Shown here: piece after piece, positions 37,072 through 45,598 of the stretch
Layout of the letters: every line of letters begins with the position of its first letter
How positions within the stretch are numbered: position 1 is the first letter of the stretch
IMG/VR virus record: IMGVR_UViG_2816332408_000001
Coordinates: 1 to 64,000 of that record
Strand: one strand, 5' to 3'
Source of the DNA: an uncultured virus (IMG/VR IMGVR_UViG_2816332408_000001)
Taxonomy: Duplodnaviria; Heunggongvirae; Uroviricota; Caudoviricetes
Length of the DNA stretch: 64,000 bases
The notes under the pieces: generated by a model
The model's input: only the letters and a program-made list of their open reading frames with translations
The model's database searches: none
What the model was told of the DNA's origin: nothing
Translations under genes and position numbers: made by a program

Positions 37072-38574
37072 ATGGCACTCGCGCCAGTAAAACAGGACGC
37101 CAACCTCGTTGGCTTCTACAAGATCCGGGAAGCGACGCTCGGTCTGGTGCCCGCCACGGGTGCCTGGCAGACCCGCGAACCGAACTCGTTCGATGACCTC
37201 GGTGCCGACTATACCAAGGTCGCACGCAAGCCGTTCAGCCCCTCGCGCCAGCGCAAGAAGGGTTCGACGACCGACATGGNCGCCGACGGCGGCTATAACG
37301 AGGATCTGACGCAGCACAACATGCAGGGTGAGCTCGAAGAGTTCTTCTTCGCTGCGCTGCGCAAGACGAACTCGCAGACGCCGAGCGGTGTTACCGCGTC
37401 CGTCTATACGGTCGCGTCGAACACCGGCTTCCCGGCGGGCACGATCACCAATGCCAAGGGGTTCACCAATTCGGGGAACAACGGACGCAAGGTGCTCACC
37501 GCCAGCACGGGGACGACCCTGTCCGCTCCGGGGCTGGCGCTGGAAGCGTCCCCGCCCGCAGGCGCCTACGTCAAAGCGGTGGGCTTCCAGTTCGCTGCGG
37601 CGGACCTCGTCCTGGCGACTCCGACTGGTGTGGTCACTCTGGCCAGCACTGCGAAGGACTTCCGTCAGCTTCCCATCATTCCGGGCCAGTGGGTCGGCGT
37701 TATCTTCGGTGACGATAACATCGGCTATGCGCGCATCGGGGTCGATGGTGTCAAGCAGAACCTGCTCACGTTCGACAAGACGACGTGGACTCCCGCAGCG
37801 AACCCGGGAACGGGTATCACGGCAGAGATCTACTTCGGCGACGTCATCAAGAACGAGGACGACCCGGACCTGATCGTGCGTTACAGCTCGGTCATCGAAC
37901 GGACCCTCGGTCGCGATGCGGACGGGGTGCAGTCTGAGTATCTGACGGGTTCGGTTGCGTCCGAGCTGACCTGGAACTCGCCGCTGGCGAACCTCGTCAA
38001 CCTCGACCTCGCGTATATCTGCCAGCGTGCGGGTCTGCGCAAGGGTGTGGATGGTCCGCTGTCGCGTCGCGCCAGCAACACCATCGTCAAGGCGTTGGGC
38101 GAGGATGCGTTCAATACGTCGTCCAACGTCTATCGTCTGCGCATGGCGATGATCGATCCCACCACGATGAACCCGTCGCCGTTCTTCGCTCGGGTCACCG
38201 AGTGGACTGCCACCATCAATAACAACGTCACCAGCGCCAAGGCGCAGGGCGTTCTCGGTGGCTTCGATACGACGGTGGGCAACTTCGACGTCGATGCGGA
38301 ACTGACCGCCTACTTCTCCACCGTGGACGTCATCCACGCGGTGAAGTGCAATTGGGACGTCACGTTCGACGCCATCTACGCCAAGCAGAACGCCGGTGTC
38401 TACATCGACGTCCCGCTGGTGTCGCTGGGCGGCGGTCGTCTGGATATCGAGCAGGATGCGGCCATCATGGTTCCGCTGAACGCTGCGGCTGCGGAGTCCC
38501 CGTTCGGGCACACCGCGCTCATCGGGTGGTTCGAATACCTCCCCGACGCGCTCATGCCGGATATCGATTGCTAA
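37072..38574 (+). CDS. Major tail tube protein
   Basis: EPNSF, SRQRKKG.TTD, AYFS; synteny. Confidence 0.85.
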   Translation: MALAPVKQDANLVGFYKIREATLGLVPATGAWQTREPNSFDDLGADYTKVARKPFSPSRQRKKGSTTDMXADGGYNEDLTQHNMQGELEEFFFAALRKTNSQTPSGVTASVYTVASNTGFPAGTITNAKGFTNSGNNGRKVLTASTGTTLSAPGLALEASPPAGAYVKAVGFQFAAADLVLATPTGVVTLASTAKDFRQLPIIPGQWVGVIFGDDNIGYARIGVDGVKQNLLTFDKTTWTPAANPGTGITAEIYFGDVIKNEDDPDLIVRYSSVIERTLGRDADGVQSEYLTGSVASELTWNSPLANLVNLDLAYICQRAGLRKGVDGPLSRRASNTIVKALGEDAFNTSSNVYRLRMAMIDPTTMNPSPFFARVTEWTATINNNVTSAKAQGVLGGFDTTVGNFDVDAELTAYFSTVDVIHAVKCNWDVTFDAIYAKQNAGVYIDVPLVSLGGGRLDIEQDAAIMVPLNAAAAESPFGHTALIGWFEYLPDALMPDIDC

Positions 38575-38595
38575 GCGAAACGCGGTGCGCTATAT

Positions 38596-38629
38596 AGGGG
38601 CAGGGGTCAATCAGACTCCTGCCCCTTTT
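38596..38629 (+). terminator. Intrinsic terminator
   Basis: AGGGGCAGGGGTC-AATCA-GACTCCTGCCCC-TTTT. Confidence 0.7.
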
Positions 38630-38646
38630 CGTATAAGGATGATCCA

Positions 38647-39090
38647 ATGGGCCTTCGTAAAACATTCAAGACCGACCGTAACGCTGAGATCGATGGCGTC
38701 GAGGTTGAGGTCTCCGTCAATGACCACAACGGCAAGCCGATCAAGATCCGCATTGCGCGCATGTCCGCGTCGAACAAGCGTTACACGAAGGAACTCAACC
38801 GTGTGACGAAGCCGCACCAGTCGGCGATCCAGAACGACGCGATGGACAACGACCTCGCTCGTAAGATGCTCCAGGAAGTGTTCGTCGACACCATCCTGCT
38901 CGACTGGGAAAACCTGCCGAAGTCCGAGCTCACCGGCGACGACAAGGACACCGAGCTGCTCGAGTTCAGCCGCGACAACGCGCTTGCGCTGTTCGCTGAG
39001 CTGCCCGACCTCTACGACGACTGGGAAGCGCGCGCCAACAAGGCCGCAGCGTTCCGGGAGAAGGAGAAGGAAGCGGCTGCAAAAAACTAA
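38647..39090 (+). CDS. Tail assembly chaperone (gpG-like)
   Basis: Between tube and tape measure genes; ends in slippery A AAA AAC. Confidence 0.85.
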   Translation: MGLRKTFKTDRNAEIDGVEVEVSVNDHNGKPIKIRIARMSASNKRYTKELNRVTKPHQSAIQNDAMDNDLARKMLQEVFVDTILLDWENLPKSELTGDDKDTELLEFSRDNALALFAELPDLYDDWEARANKAAAFREKEKEAAAKN

Positions 39091-39458
39091 CCGCCGTTCT
39101 GTTGTTCCAACATGAGTTCCCTCCCGAGACCGAGAAGAAGTTTCGGGAGGAGGCTCGTCGGTTCAAAGAGGAACTACCGGAGCGCATCAAGAACAAGCCT
39201 ACGCTCTATTTCGGCAATGCGCTGTTCCTCAATGCTTGGTTCGACTTGGATACAGAACGGGAACGCCCCAAACCCATCACGCGGGGCATGTGCTTCTCTT
39301 ACGCGGTCGACTACGATCTCACGGAGGAGCAGACGGAGGACCTCTGGTATCACATACGCCAGATGGACCTTGAGTTCCTAGTGTGGTGGAAGAAGAAGCA
39401 ACCGAAGCCCAGAACGAAAGGAAGACAGCGTGGCGGGGGATCTGAGGAGCCTAGCTAA
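39081..39458 (+). CDS. Tail assembly chaperone -1 frameshift extension (gpGT-like)
   Basis: Open -1 frame from the heptamer at 39081-39087; no RBS of its own. Confidence 0.8.
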   Translation, partial: KKLTAVLLFQHEFPPETEKKFREEARRFKEELPERIKNKPTLYFGNALFLNAWFDLDTERERPKPITRGMCFSYAVDYDLTEEQTEDLWYHIRQMDLEFLVWWKKKQPKPRTKGRQRGGGSEEPS

Positions 39459-39870
39459 ATCGATGCGCAAGCGCGCTTCTGGCCTGGAGACCTTGGCTTC
39501 CGATATCGCTGTTGCGGGTGCGGATGCTATGTTGGAGGAGCTGGTGGCCGTCACTCCGGTTGACGAGTCCACCGCTCTTTCGAACTGGCAAGTTAACCTC
39601 GGGAACGCTGCCGCTGACGAACTGCCCGCAGCGGTGCTAGGCAGCAAAGGAAGCACGCGGGGCGCGAGCGCGGATAAAACGCTTGCGGAGGGCCGTGCTG
39701 AGCTGCAATACAAGAAGCCGGGGCAGCCTATCTTCCTGTCCAACCTCACCCCCTACATCGGGGATCTGGACAGCGGGTCGAGCAGGCAGTTCGCAGGCGG
39801 GNTTATCCCGCGGGCGCTGATCGTCTTTCGCCTTGCGGTGCAGGACGCCAAGAAACGATTGCTGAGGTAG
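39430..39870 (+). CDS. Tail completion protein (HK97 gp10-like)
   Basis: TPVD..A.SNW, N..PYI..L..GSS.Q. Confidence 0.8.
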   Translation: MAGDLRSLAKSMRKRASGLETLASDIAVAGADAMLEELVAVTPVDESTALSNWQVNLGNAAADELPAAVLGSKGSTRGASADKTLAEGRAELQYKKPGQPIFLSNLTPYIGDLDSGSSRQFAGGXIPRALIVFRLAVQDAKKRLLR

Positions 39871-39874
39871 GTCC

Positions 39875-42748
39875 ATGGCAGAAGAACGGATTGACATTGA
39901 AGTCACCGATAAGGTAGACGCCAATGCCGCCAAGAAGCTAAATCAGATTGCTGACGCTGCGGACCGTGGCGCCACGTATGTTGATAAGCTAAAGTCCGCT
40001 CTCGCCAATGTGAACACCTCCAGCGTCGACAAGCTGGTCTCCGCCATGGCACGCGCCGACAGCGCCCAGGCCAAGCTGCTCAACGCTCAGGTGCGCCTGT
40101 CGAACGCGCAGGACCAAGGCAGCATGGCAGCGGCCAAGCTGGCAACGCAGAACCAGAAGCTCGCTACAGAAACCGCGCGCACCGAGGCAGCAAGCGCGCG
40201 AGCCGCTGCCGCCGCTACTGCCGCTGAAAGCGCAGCACTGCGGCTTGCTGCGGCCCAGCAGCGAGTTACAGCTAGTTCAACCGCCACCGGCACCGCTGAA
40301 GAGCAGCTTGCCAGCGATCTGGCACGCGCCAAAGCGCAGTTCGACGCGGGAGAGATCTCGATTCGGGCGTATGTTGCCGCGATGAACCAAGCGCGAGCAG
40401 CGTCCACCGGAGCAGCGCAACCCATCGTCGACAGCGCGAACGGCGCGGCCAATGCAGCCAAGACCCTGGAGGCGGCGCAGTCGCGCACCCGGTCCACGAA
40501 CGCGAACATCATCGCGCAGCTACAGGACATCGGCGTGTCGCTGGCTGGCGGACAGAACCCGTTGCTCGTTCTCGTTCAGCAGGGTTCGCAGCTCGACTAT
40601 ATCGCACGCACGACCGCAGGCNGTTGGGCGGGTCTGGTCGCGCAGATCGTCCGTCTGCTTGCACCGCTCACCGCCATTGCCGCAGCGATCGGACTGGTCT
40701 ATGTTGGCTTCAAGAACTTCAGTTCGGAGATCGCGGCTAAGCATAAGCCCGAGCTTGAGGCATACGCGAACAGCCTTGGATTGACCAGCAAAGAGATGGA
40801 CAAGCTCTCGAACAGCACGGTCGGGGCAGGCGGCAAGCTGAAAGAGTTCGACGTCATCACGATCACCGCCGCCGATAGCTGGAACGGGTTTAAGAGTGCG
40901 GTCGCGCAGGGCTGGGACGGACTGATTGCTCCGTTTGCTCAGTTCGGCGATACGATGACCTCCATCTGGTCGACGGTTGTGAACTTCCTGTATATGGCGT
41001 TCCTTGGCTTCTACGCAAGCGTTAAGACGCTGCTCGACGTGATCGGCAAGACGGCAATCAATGTGGTCAAGATTGTGCTGAACGCCATCATGGGAACCGC
41101 GAACGCGATCATCATGGTGATCCAGGGCGTCATCAACGGTGTGATCACTGGTATCAACTTCCTAGCGGAGGGCGCCAACGGGATCCTGTCCAACCTTGGG
41201 TTCGATAAGGCGATCCCTGAGATCGACAAGGTGAACTTGGGCATCGAATCCATCTCGCAGAATATGTTCGAGCTGGAGAAGTATAACATCGGTGAGACCT
41301 TCACCAAGAACGTCCAGGAGGCGAACAACACGATCCAGGGCTTCAAGCAGGCGTGGGACGAAGCTGCGACCGCCGCTGCTAAGGCTCGCATCGCTGCGCT
41401 GGCCGCTGCTATCATCGACAACCGTGGGCCGGGGAAGAAGGCGAAGGTTGACCACACCGCCGAGAAGGAAGCGTTCAACATCGGCATGGTGAACATGAAG
41501 CTGGACGACGAACTAGCGCGCATGAAGCTCCTGAAGGACGCGCGCGAAGTGCAGCAGCGCATGGACACCATCGAGCAGCAGCTGGCTCAGAAGAAGATCA
41601 CGCTCAATGCGACCGAACGCGCAAGCATCCTTGCCAAGGTGCAGGCCATCCAGGACTATAAGTATGTCCAGCAGGAGATGGACCGCATCTACGACGAGAT
41701 CAATGCGCCGCTCAAGACGTATAATGCGTCCATCGCTGCCGCGACTCAGCTGCTCAACGAGCACAACATCTCGCAGGACCAGTTCAACCAAGAGAAGGTG
41801 AAGGCTGGGCGCATCCTCGCGGAGGCAACCGACCCGCTGTTCCAGCTCAAGGAAGCGCAGGACGCCGCAGCGGTATCCGTCAACCTGTTCGGCGTCGAGC
41901 TGGACCGTGCGAACTACTATGAGACGGTCCGTCAGGCGATGCTGTCCAAGGGGATCGTTCTGTCGCAGAGCTATGTGGCAGGCACGAACGCGGAAGTCGA
42001 CGCGCTTATCAAGAAGAACGATCAGCTCCGCCAACAGCAGTTCATCCAGAGCCAGCTGGGCGGTGTTCTGAACCCGATCCTCCAGCAGAACCAAGAGGTC
42101 GAAGCGAAGGCAGGGGTCTACGCCCAGCTCGAGGCGCTCCGCCAGCAGGACCTCATCAACGAGGACACCTATCAGCAGGCACTGGCAGCCCTCTATGTCA
42201 AGTATAACGAGCAGCGCCTTACGGCCGCGTCCGACTTCTTCGGTGCGCTGGCTGGTGTCACCAAGAACGGATCCGGTGTGGTTGGCGCCATCTCCAAGGC
42301 GGCTGCTATCGCACAGGCCACGATCGACGGTTACGTCGCTGCGCAGAAGGCGCTTGCGTCCGCACCCCCGCCGTTCAACTACATCGCTGCCGCAGCTATC
42401 GGGTTGAAGACGGGTGCCAACGTCGCAGCGATCATGTCGACCAATGTTGGCGGGTTCGCAACGGGCGGACAGTTTATGGTGGATGGCAAGTCGGGTGTCG
42501 ACGCCAACAACATCAACATGAACGTCACCAAGGGCGAGCGCGTTACCATCGAGACCCCTGCTCAGCAGCGTGCGAACGATGGTGGGGGCGGAGACGGTGC
42601 GCCGGTTGTGGACGCTCGGACCAAGGTCGTCAACCTGTTCGACGAGAAGTCGTTCGTTGGCGCAATGGACTCCGAGGAGGGCGAGCGTGTGGTTATGAAC
42701 ATCATCCGTCGTAACCGCACGGATGTAGGCACGATGGTGAAAGCATGA
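39875..42748 (+). CDS. Tape measure protein
   Basis: 957 aa, Ala-rich helical; QLQDIGVSLAGGQNP..V.VQQGSQ; FATGG. Confidence 0.93.
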   Translation: MAEERIDIEVTDKVDANAAKKLNQIADAADRGATYVDKLKSALANVNTSSVDKLVSAMARADSAQAKLLNAQVRLSNAQDQGSMAAAKLATQNQKLATETARTEAASARAAAAATAAESAALRLAAAQQRVTASSTATGTAEEQLASDLARAKAQFDAGEISIRAYVAAMNQARAASTGAAQPIVDSANGAANAAKTLEAAQSRTRSTNANIIAQLQDIGVSLAGGQNPLLVLVQQGSQLDYIARTTAGXWAGLVAQIVRLLAPLTAIAAAIGLVYVGFKNFSSEIAAKHKPELEAYANSLGLTSKEMDKLSNSTVGAGGKLKEFDVITITAADSWNGFKSAVAQGWDGLIAPFAQFGDTMTSIWSTVVNFLYMAFLGFYASVKTLLDVIGKTAINVVKIVLNAIMGTANAIIMVIQGVINGVITGINFLAEGANGILSNLGFDKAIPEIDKVNLGIESISQNMFELEKYNIGETFTKNVQEANNTIQGFKQAWDEAATAAAKARIAALAAAIIDNRGPGKKAKVDHTAEKEAFNIGMVNMKLDDELARMKLLKDAREVQQRMDTIEQQLAQKKITLNATERASILAKVQAIQDYKYVQQEMDRIYDEINAPLKTYNASIAAATQLLNEHNISQDQFNQEKVKAGRILAEATDPLFQLKEAQDAAAVSVNLFGVELDRANYYETVRQAMLSKGIVLSQSYVAGTNAEVDALIKKNDQLRQQQFIQSQLGGVLNPILQQNQEVEAKAGVYAQLEALRQQDLINEDTYQQALAALYVKYNEQRLTAASDFFGALAGVTKNGSGVVGAISKAAAIAQATIDGYVAAQKALASAPPPFNYIAAAAIGLKTGANVAAIMSTNVGGFATGGQFMVDGKSGVDANNINMNVTKGERVTIETPAQQRANDGGGGDGAPVVDARTKVVNLFDEKSFVGAMDSEEGERVVMNIIRRNRTDVGTMVKA

Positions 42749-44376
42749 TCTACACCTTTGCTCTGAACTTCAATGCGGTCACGTTCGTTGGCACCCCGCG
42801 GACGACCCATGCAGTCGGCAAGGGTGGAGCCATCCGCATCACAAAGCCACGCGCTGCGGACAGCAACGGGCTACTGAAGTTCGACGCATGGTCCGCATGG
42901 CCTGCGGATGACAGCGTGTTCCCGTCGCCTCCCCCTGTCCCCGGTCAAACGTGGGACAACCGCTTCGAGGTATGGGCGGGGGACACCCTCGACGGGACCA
43001 TGCTGAAGATCTGGAGCGCGGAGGACGAGGGTCTCGACCCCGACCTGTATGAAACCGAAGACGACGCCTTCGATGCGATCGCTGCGCTGCTCCCGATGGA
43101 GTTCACCGGCCACGAAGTCTATGAGGTGCGGGCATCGTTCGACCCGAATCCCGGCGACAACAGGCAGGGCATCTCCCTGCTGATCGACATGAGCACGGGG
43201 ATCCCCGGATACGACCTTGTCACGCAGACACCGGACGCCCCCATCAAGGAAGAGTGGCAGTGGCTGACGGATATCCAAGTGTCCTACGATGGCACCGAGG
43301 ACCGCATCCCGCTCAACAGCTACGCCAAGCGGACCTTCAGCGGTAACTTCTCCTTCGACACGGTCGAGCAGATCCGCCGCTTCCTGGCAACGATGCAGGT
43401 CAGCTATGGGCGCACCTTCCGCGTCCCGCTCTACCAGTATCAGGTGAAGGCAAAGACGGCGATTGCGGTCGGTGACGAATTCATCATGTGCAACACCGCA
43501 CGCGGGGACTTCCGTGAGAACCGTGAAGTCATGGTGCGCGAGGGCGACACATGGGAGATCCTTGTGGTCAGCGATGTGCAATCCGACCGCCTTGTGTTCC
43601 AGACCACGACGACCAAGGCCTATAGCGCACGCGCAATCGTTACGCCACTGACGAAGGGGTTCNCCCCGACGGGTGCGCAGGTGAGCCGGGTTAATCCGAA
43701 CCATAGCGGCACCGCTGGATTCACATTCCGTGAGGAGCTGCCATGGGCGCCGTTTGTGCCTCCGGAGAATGTTGAGTCGTTGACCACATTCGATTCCATG
43801 TTCGTTCTCGACAAGCGCGCCATTGGCACCGCGTTCGATTCGCAGTTCGACAGCGGCATCCAGATCACGGACGACTACATCGGACGTCCCGACTTGCTCA
43901 ACCCGTGGACGCAAGGCCAATGGGCGTTCGCGCTGCGCTGGCAGTGCAACCGCCTGTTCGACATCGACGACTGGAACTGGTGGGTCCGATTCGCAGACGC
44001 GGTGCAGGGTGCGAACCTTCCTTTCCTCGTGCCTAGCTTCCGCAACGATCTGCCAATCACGACACCGGCGGGCGGGGGGACTAGCGTTATCACGTTTACG
44101 GGTCATGAATTCCGCGACCATTATTATGGCCTTGACACGTTCTCCCGGCTCGTCATAGAGTCCCCTGTAGGGCGTCAATTCGTCAAGGTTACAGGCCTCA
44201 CCAATGTCGGCGGAAACGACCGAGTAACATTCACCCCCGCGCTTCCGGCAGGAACCTGGAGCGTAGATCAGACGGTGGGTTTCTTGCTCAAGGTGCGTTG
44301 CGCGGATGACAAGGTGACTTGCGATCATTACGGGTTGCACACCGACGTCACGATGTCCGTTCGGACTGTCAAGTAA
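42745..44376 (+). CDS. Distal tail-like protein with extra N-terminal domain
   Basis: E...WLTDI..S.DG.EDR; follows tape measure gene. Confidence 0.75.
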   Translation: MIYTFALNFNAVTFVGTPRTTHAVGKGGAIRITKPRAADSNGLLKFDAWSAWPADDSVFPSPPPVPGQTWDNRFEVWAGDTLDGTMLKIWSAEDEGLDPDLYETEDDAFDAIAALLPMEFTGHEVYEVRASFDPNPGDNRQGISLLIDMSTGIPGYDLVTQTPDAPIKEEWQWLTDIQVSYDGTEDRIPLNSYAKRTFSGNFSFDTVEQIRRFLATMQVSYGRTFRVPLYQYQVKAKTAIAVGDEFIMCNTARGDFRENREVMVREGDTWEILVVSDVQSDRLVFQTTTTKAYSARAIVTPLTKGFXPTGAQVSRVNPNHSGTAGFTFREELPWAPFVPPENVESLTTFDSMFVLDKRAIGTAFDSQFDSGIQITDDYIGRPDLLNPWTQGQWAFALRWQCNRLFDIDDWNWWVRFADAVQGANLPFLVPSFRNDLPITTPAGGGTSVITFTGHEFRDHYYGLDTFSRLVIESPVGRQFVKVTGLTNVGGNDRVTFTPALPAGTWSVDQTVGFLLKVRCADDKVTCDHYGLHTDVTMSVRTVK

Positions 44377-44388
44377 TGGAAGCGCACG

Positions 44389-45177
44389 GTGGCAACTCAG
44401 GTCGAACTCTATAGGTTTACCGAGCAAGACTCGGACGGGGTCTGGACCTATACCAGCGCCGACAGCCTACAGACGTTCTCCTCTGAGGAGTATGAACCGA
44501 TCTCCATCACGCGCAGTGGCACGGAGATCAAGAACGACCTCGCTAAGGCGGACCTCACCATCACGCTGCCACTCGACAACGAGATGGCGCTGCGTTGGAT
44601 GAAGGACAACGGCGAGCTTCTGGTTGGCATGGTGATCCTCACCAAGAACAAGGCTGGCGTTATCAACGTCACCTGGAAGGGGCGCCTTGCTTCGGTTGTG
44701 CCTGGCATGGCCAACATCCAGCTGAAGTTCGAAAGCATCTTCACCAGTATGCGCCGGCCGGGGTTGCGTGCGCGCTATCAGCGGTCTTGCCGGTATGCCC
44801 TCTATGGACGCGGGTGCCGCTTGGACCCGGAGACGTTTGCGCTGACGAGCGCGGTCACTGCCAGCAGCGGACGGACGCTCACATGCACCGCCGCGGCGAC
44901 CAAGCCGAACGGCTTCTATATCGGTGGGATGCTGCGCAGCCCGAACGGGGTGCTGTCCTATGTGGTGGACCACGTCGGCGCGGTGCTCACCTTGCAACGG
45001 TTGTCCTTCTCTCTCCAGCAGGAGATTGACGAGGGGTTCCCGTTCAACGTGAAGCTCTATCCGGGGTGTGACCACAGCCGCGACACATGCTGGGACAAGT
45101 TCAGCAACGGGCTCAACTACGGCGGGTTCGACTTCATTCCGGTGAAGAACCCTACAGGCGGGAGTTCCATCGTCTAA
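44389..45177 (+). CDS. Tail tip/hub protein (DUF2163/BR0599 family)
   Basis: C.YALY..GC; YPGCD....C..KF.N..NYGGF..IP..NP. Confidence 0.88.
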   Translation: MATQVELYRFTEQDSDGVWTYTSADSLQTFSSEEYEPISITRSGTEIKNDLAKADLTITLPLDNEMALRWMKDNGELLVGMVILTKNKAGVINVTWKGRLASVVPGMANIQLKFESIFTSMRRPGLRARYQRSCRYALYGRGCRLDPETFALTSAVTASSGRTLTCTAAATKPNGFYIGGMLRSPNGVLSYVVDHVGAVLTLQRLSFSLQQEIDEGFPFNVKLYPGCDHSRDTCWDKFSNGLNYGGFDFIPVKNPTGGSSIV

Positions 45178-45407
45178 TGTTCTGGTTCATCGCAGCCTTC
45201 GTTGTCGGACTCGTTGTCAGCATTGCGCTGGCCCCGAAGCCACAGACGCAGAAGCCCGCTGGGCTTGGGGACATCACTGCGCCGGTAGCAGAGGAGGGTC
45301 TTGAGATCGCCGTGCTATTCGGAACGCGGGACTTCAACGGAGCGAATTGCGTATGGTATGGCGATCTCCGGACGGTGGCGATCAAGTCGAAGGGCGGAAA
45401 GAAGTGA
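45177..45407 (+). CDS. Small tail assembly protein
   Basis: P.AEEG..I.VLFGT....N.VWYGD. Confidence 0.8.
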   Translation: MFWFIAAFVVGLVVSIALAPKPQTQKPAGLGDITAPVAEEGLEIAVLFGTRDFNGANCVWYGDLRTVAIKSKGGKK

Positions 45408-45598
45408 GCGTCCAAGTCTACATGAAAGACGTCCGCGCTGTCAAGCTCTGCTCGAGCGGCACGCGCGGGTTCTTCAAGCGTCACAATATGGACTGGAACA
45501 AGTTCCTGGCCGAAGGTCTTCCCGAGGAGGACTTCCTTGCAACCGGCGATCATAACGCCTTGATGGTTGTGGAGGCAGCTCGTGGGCGGCAAAAGTAA
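45404..45598 (+). CDS. Small tail-associated protein
   Basis: C..G.R.FF.RH..DW..F...G. Confidence 0.75.
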   Translation: MSVQVYMKDVRAVKLCSSGTRGFFKRHNMDWNKFLAEGLPEEDFLATGDHNALMVVEAARGRQK

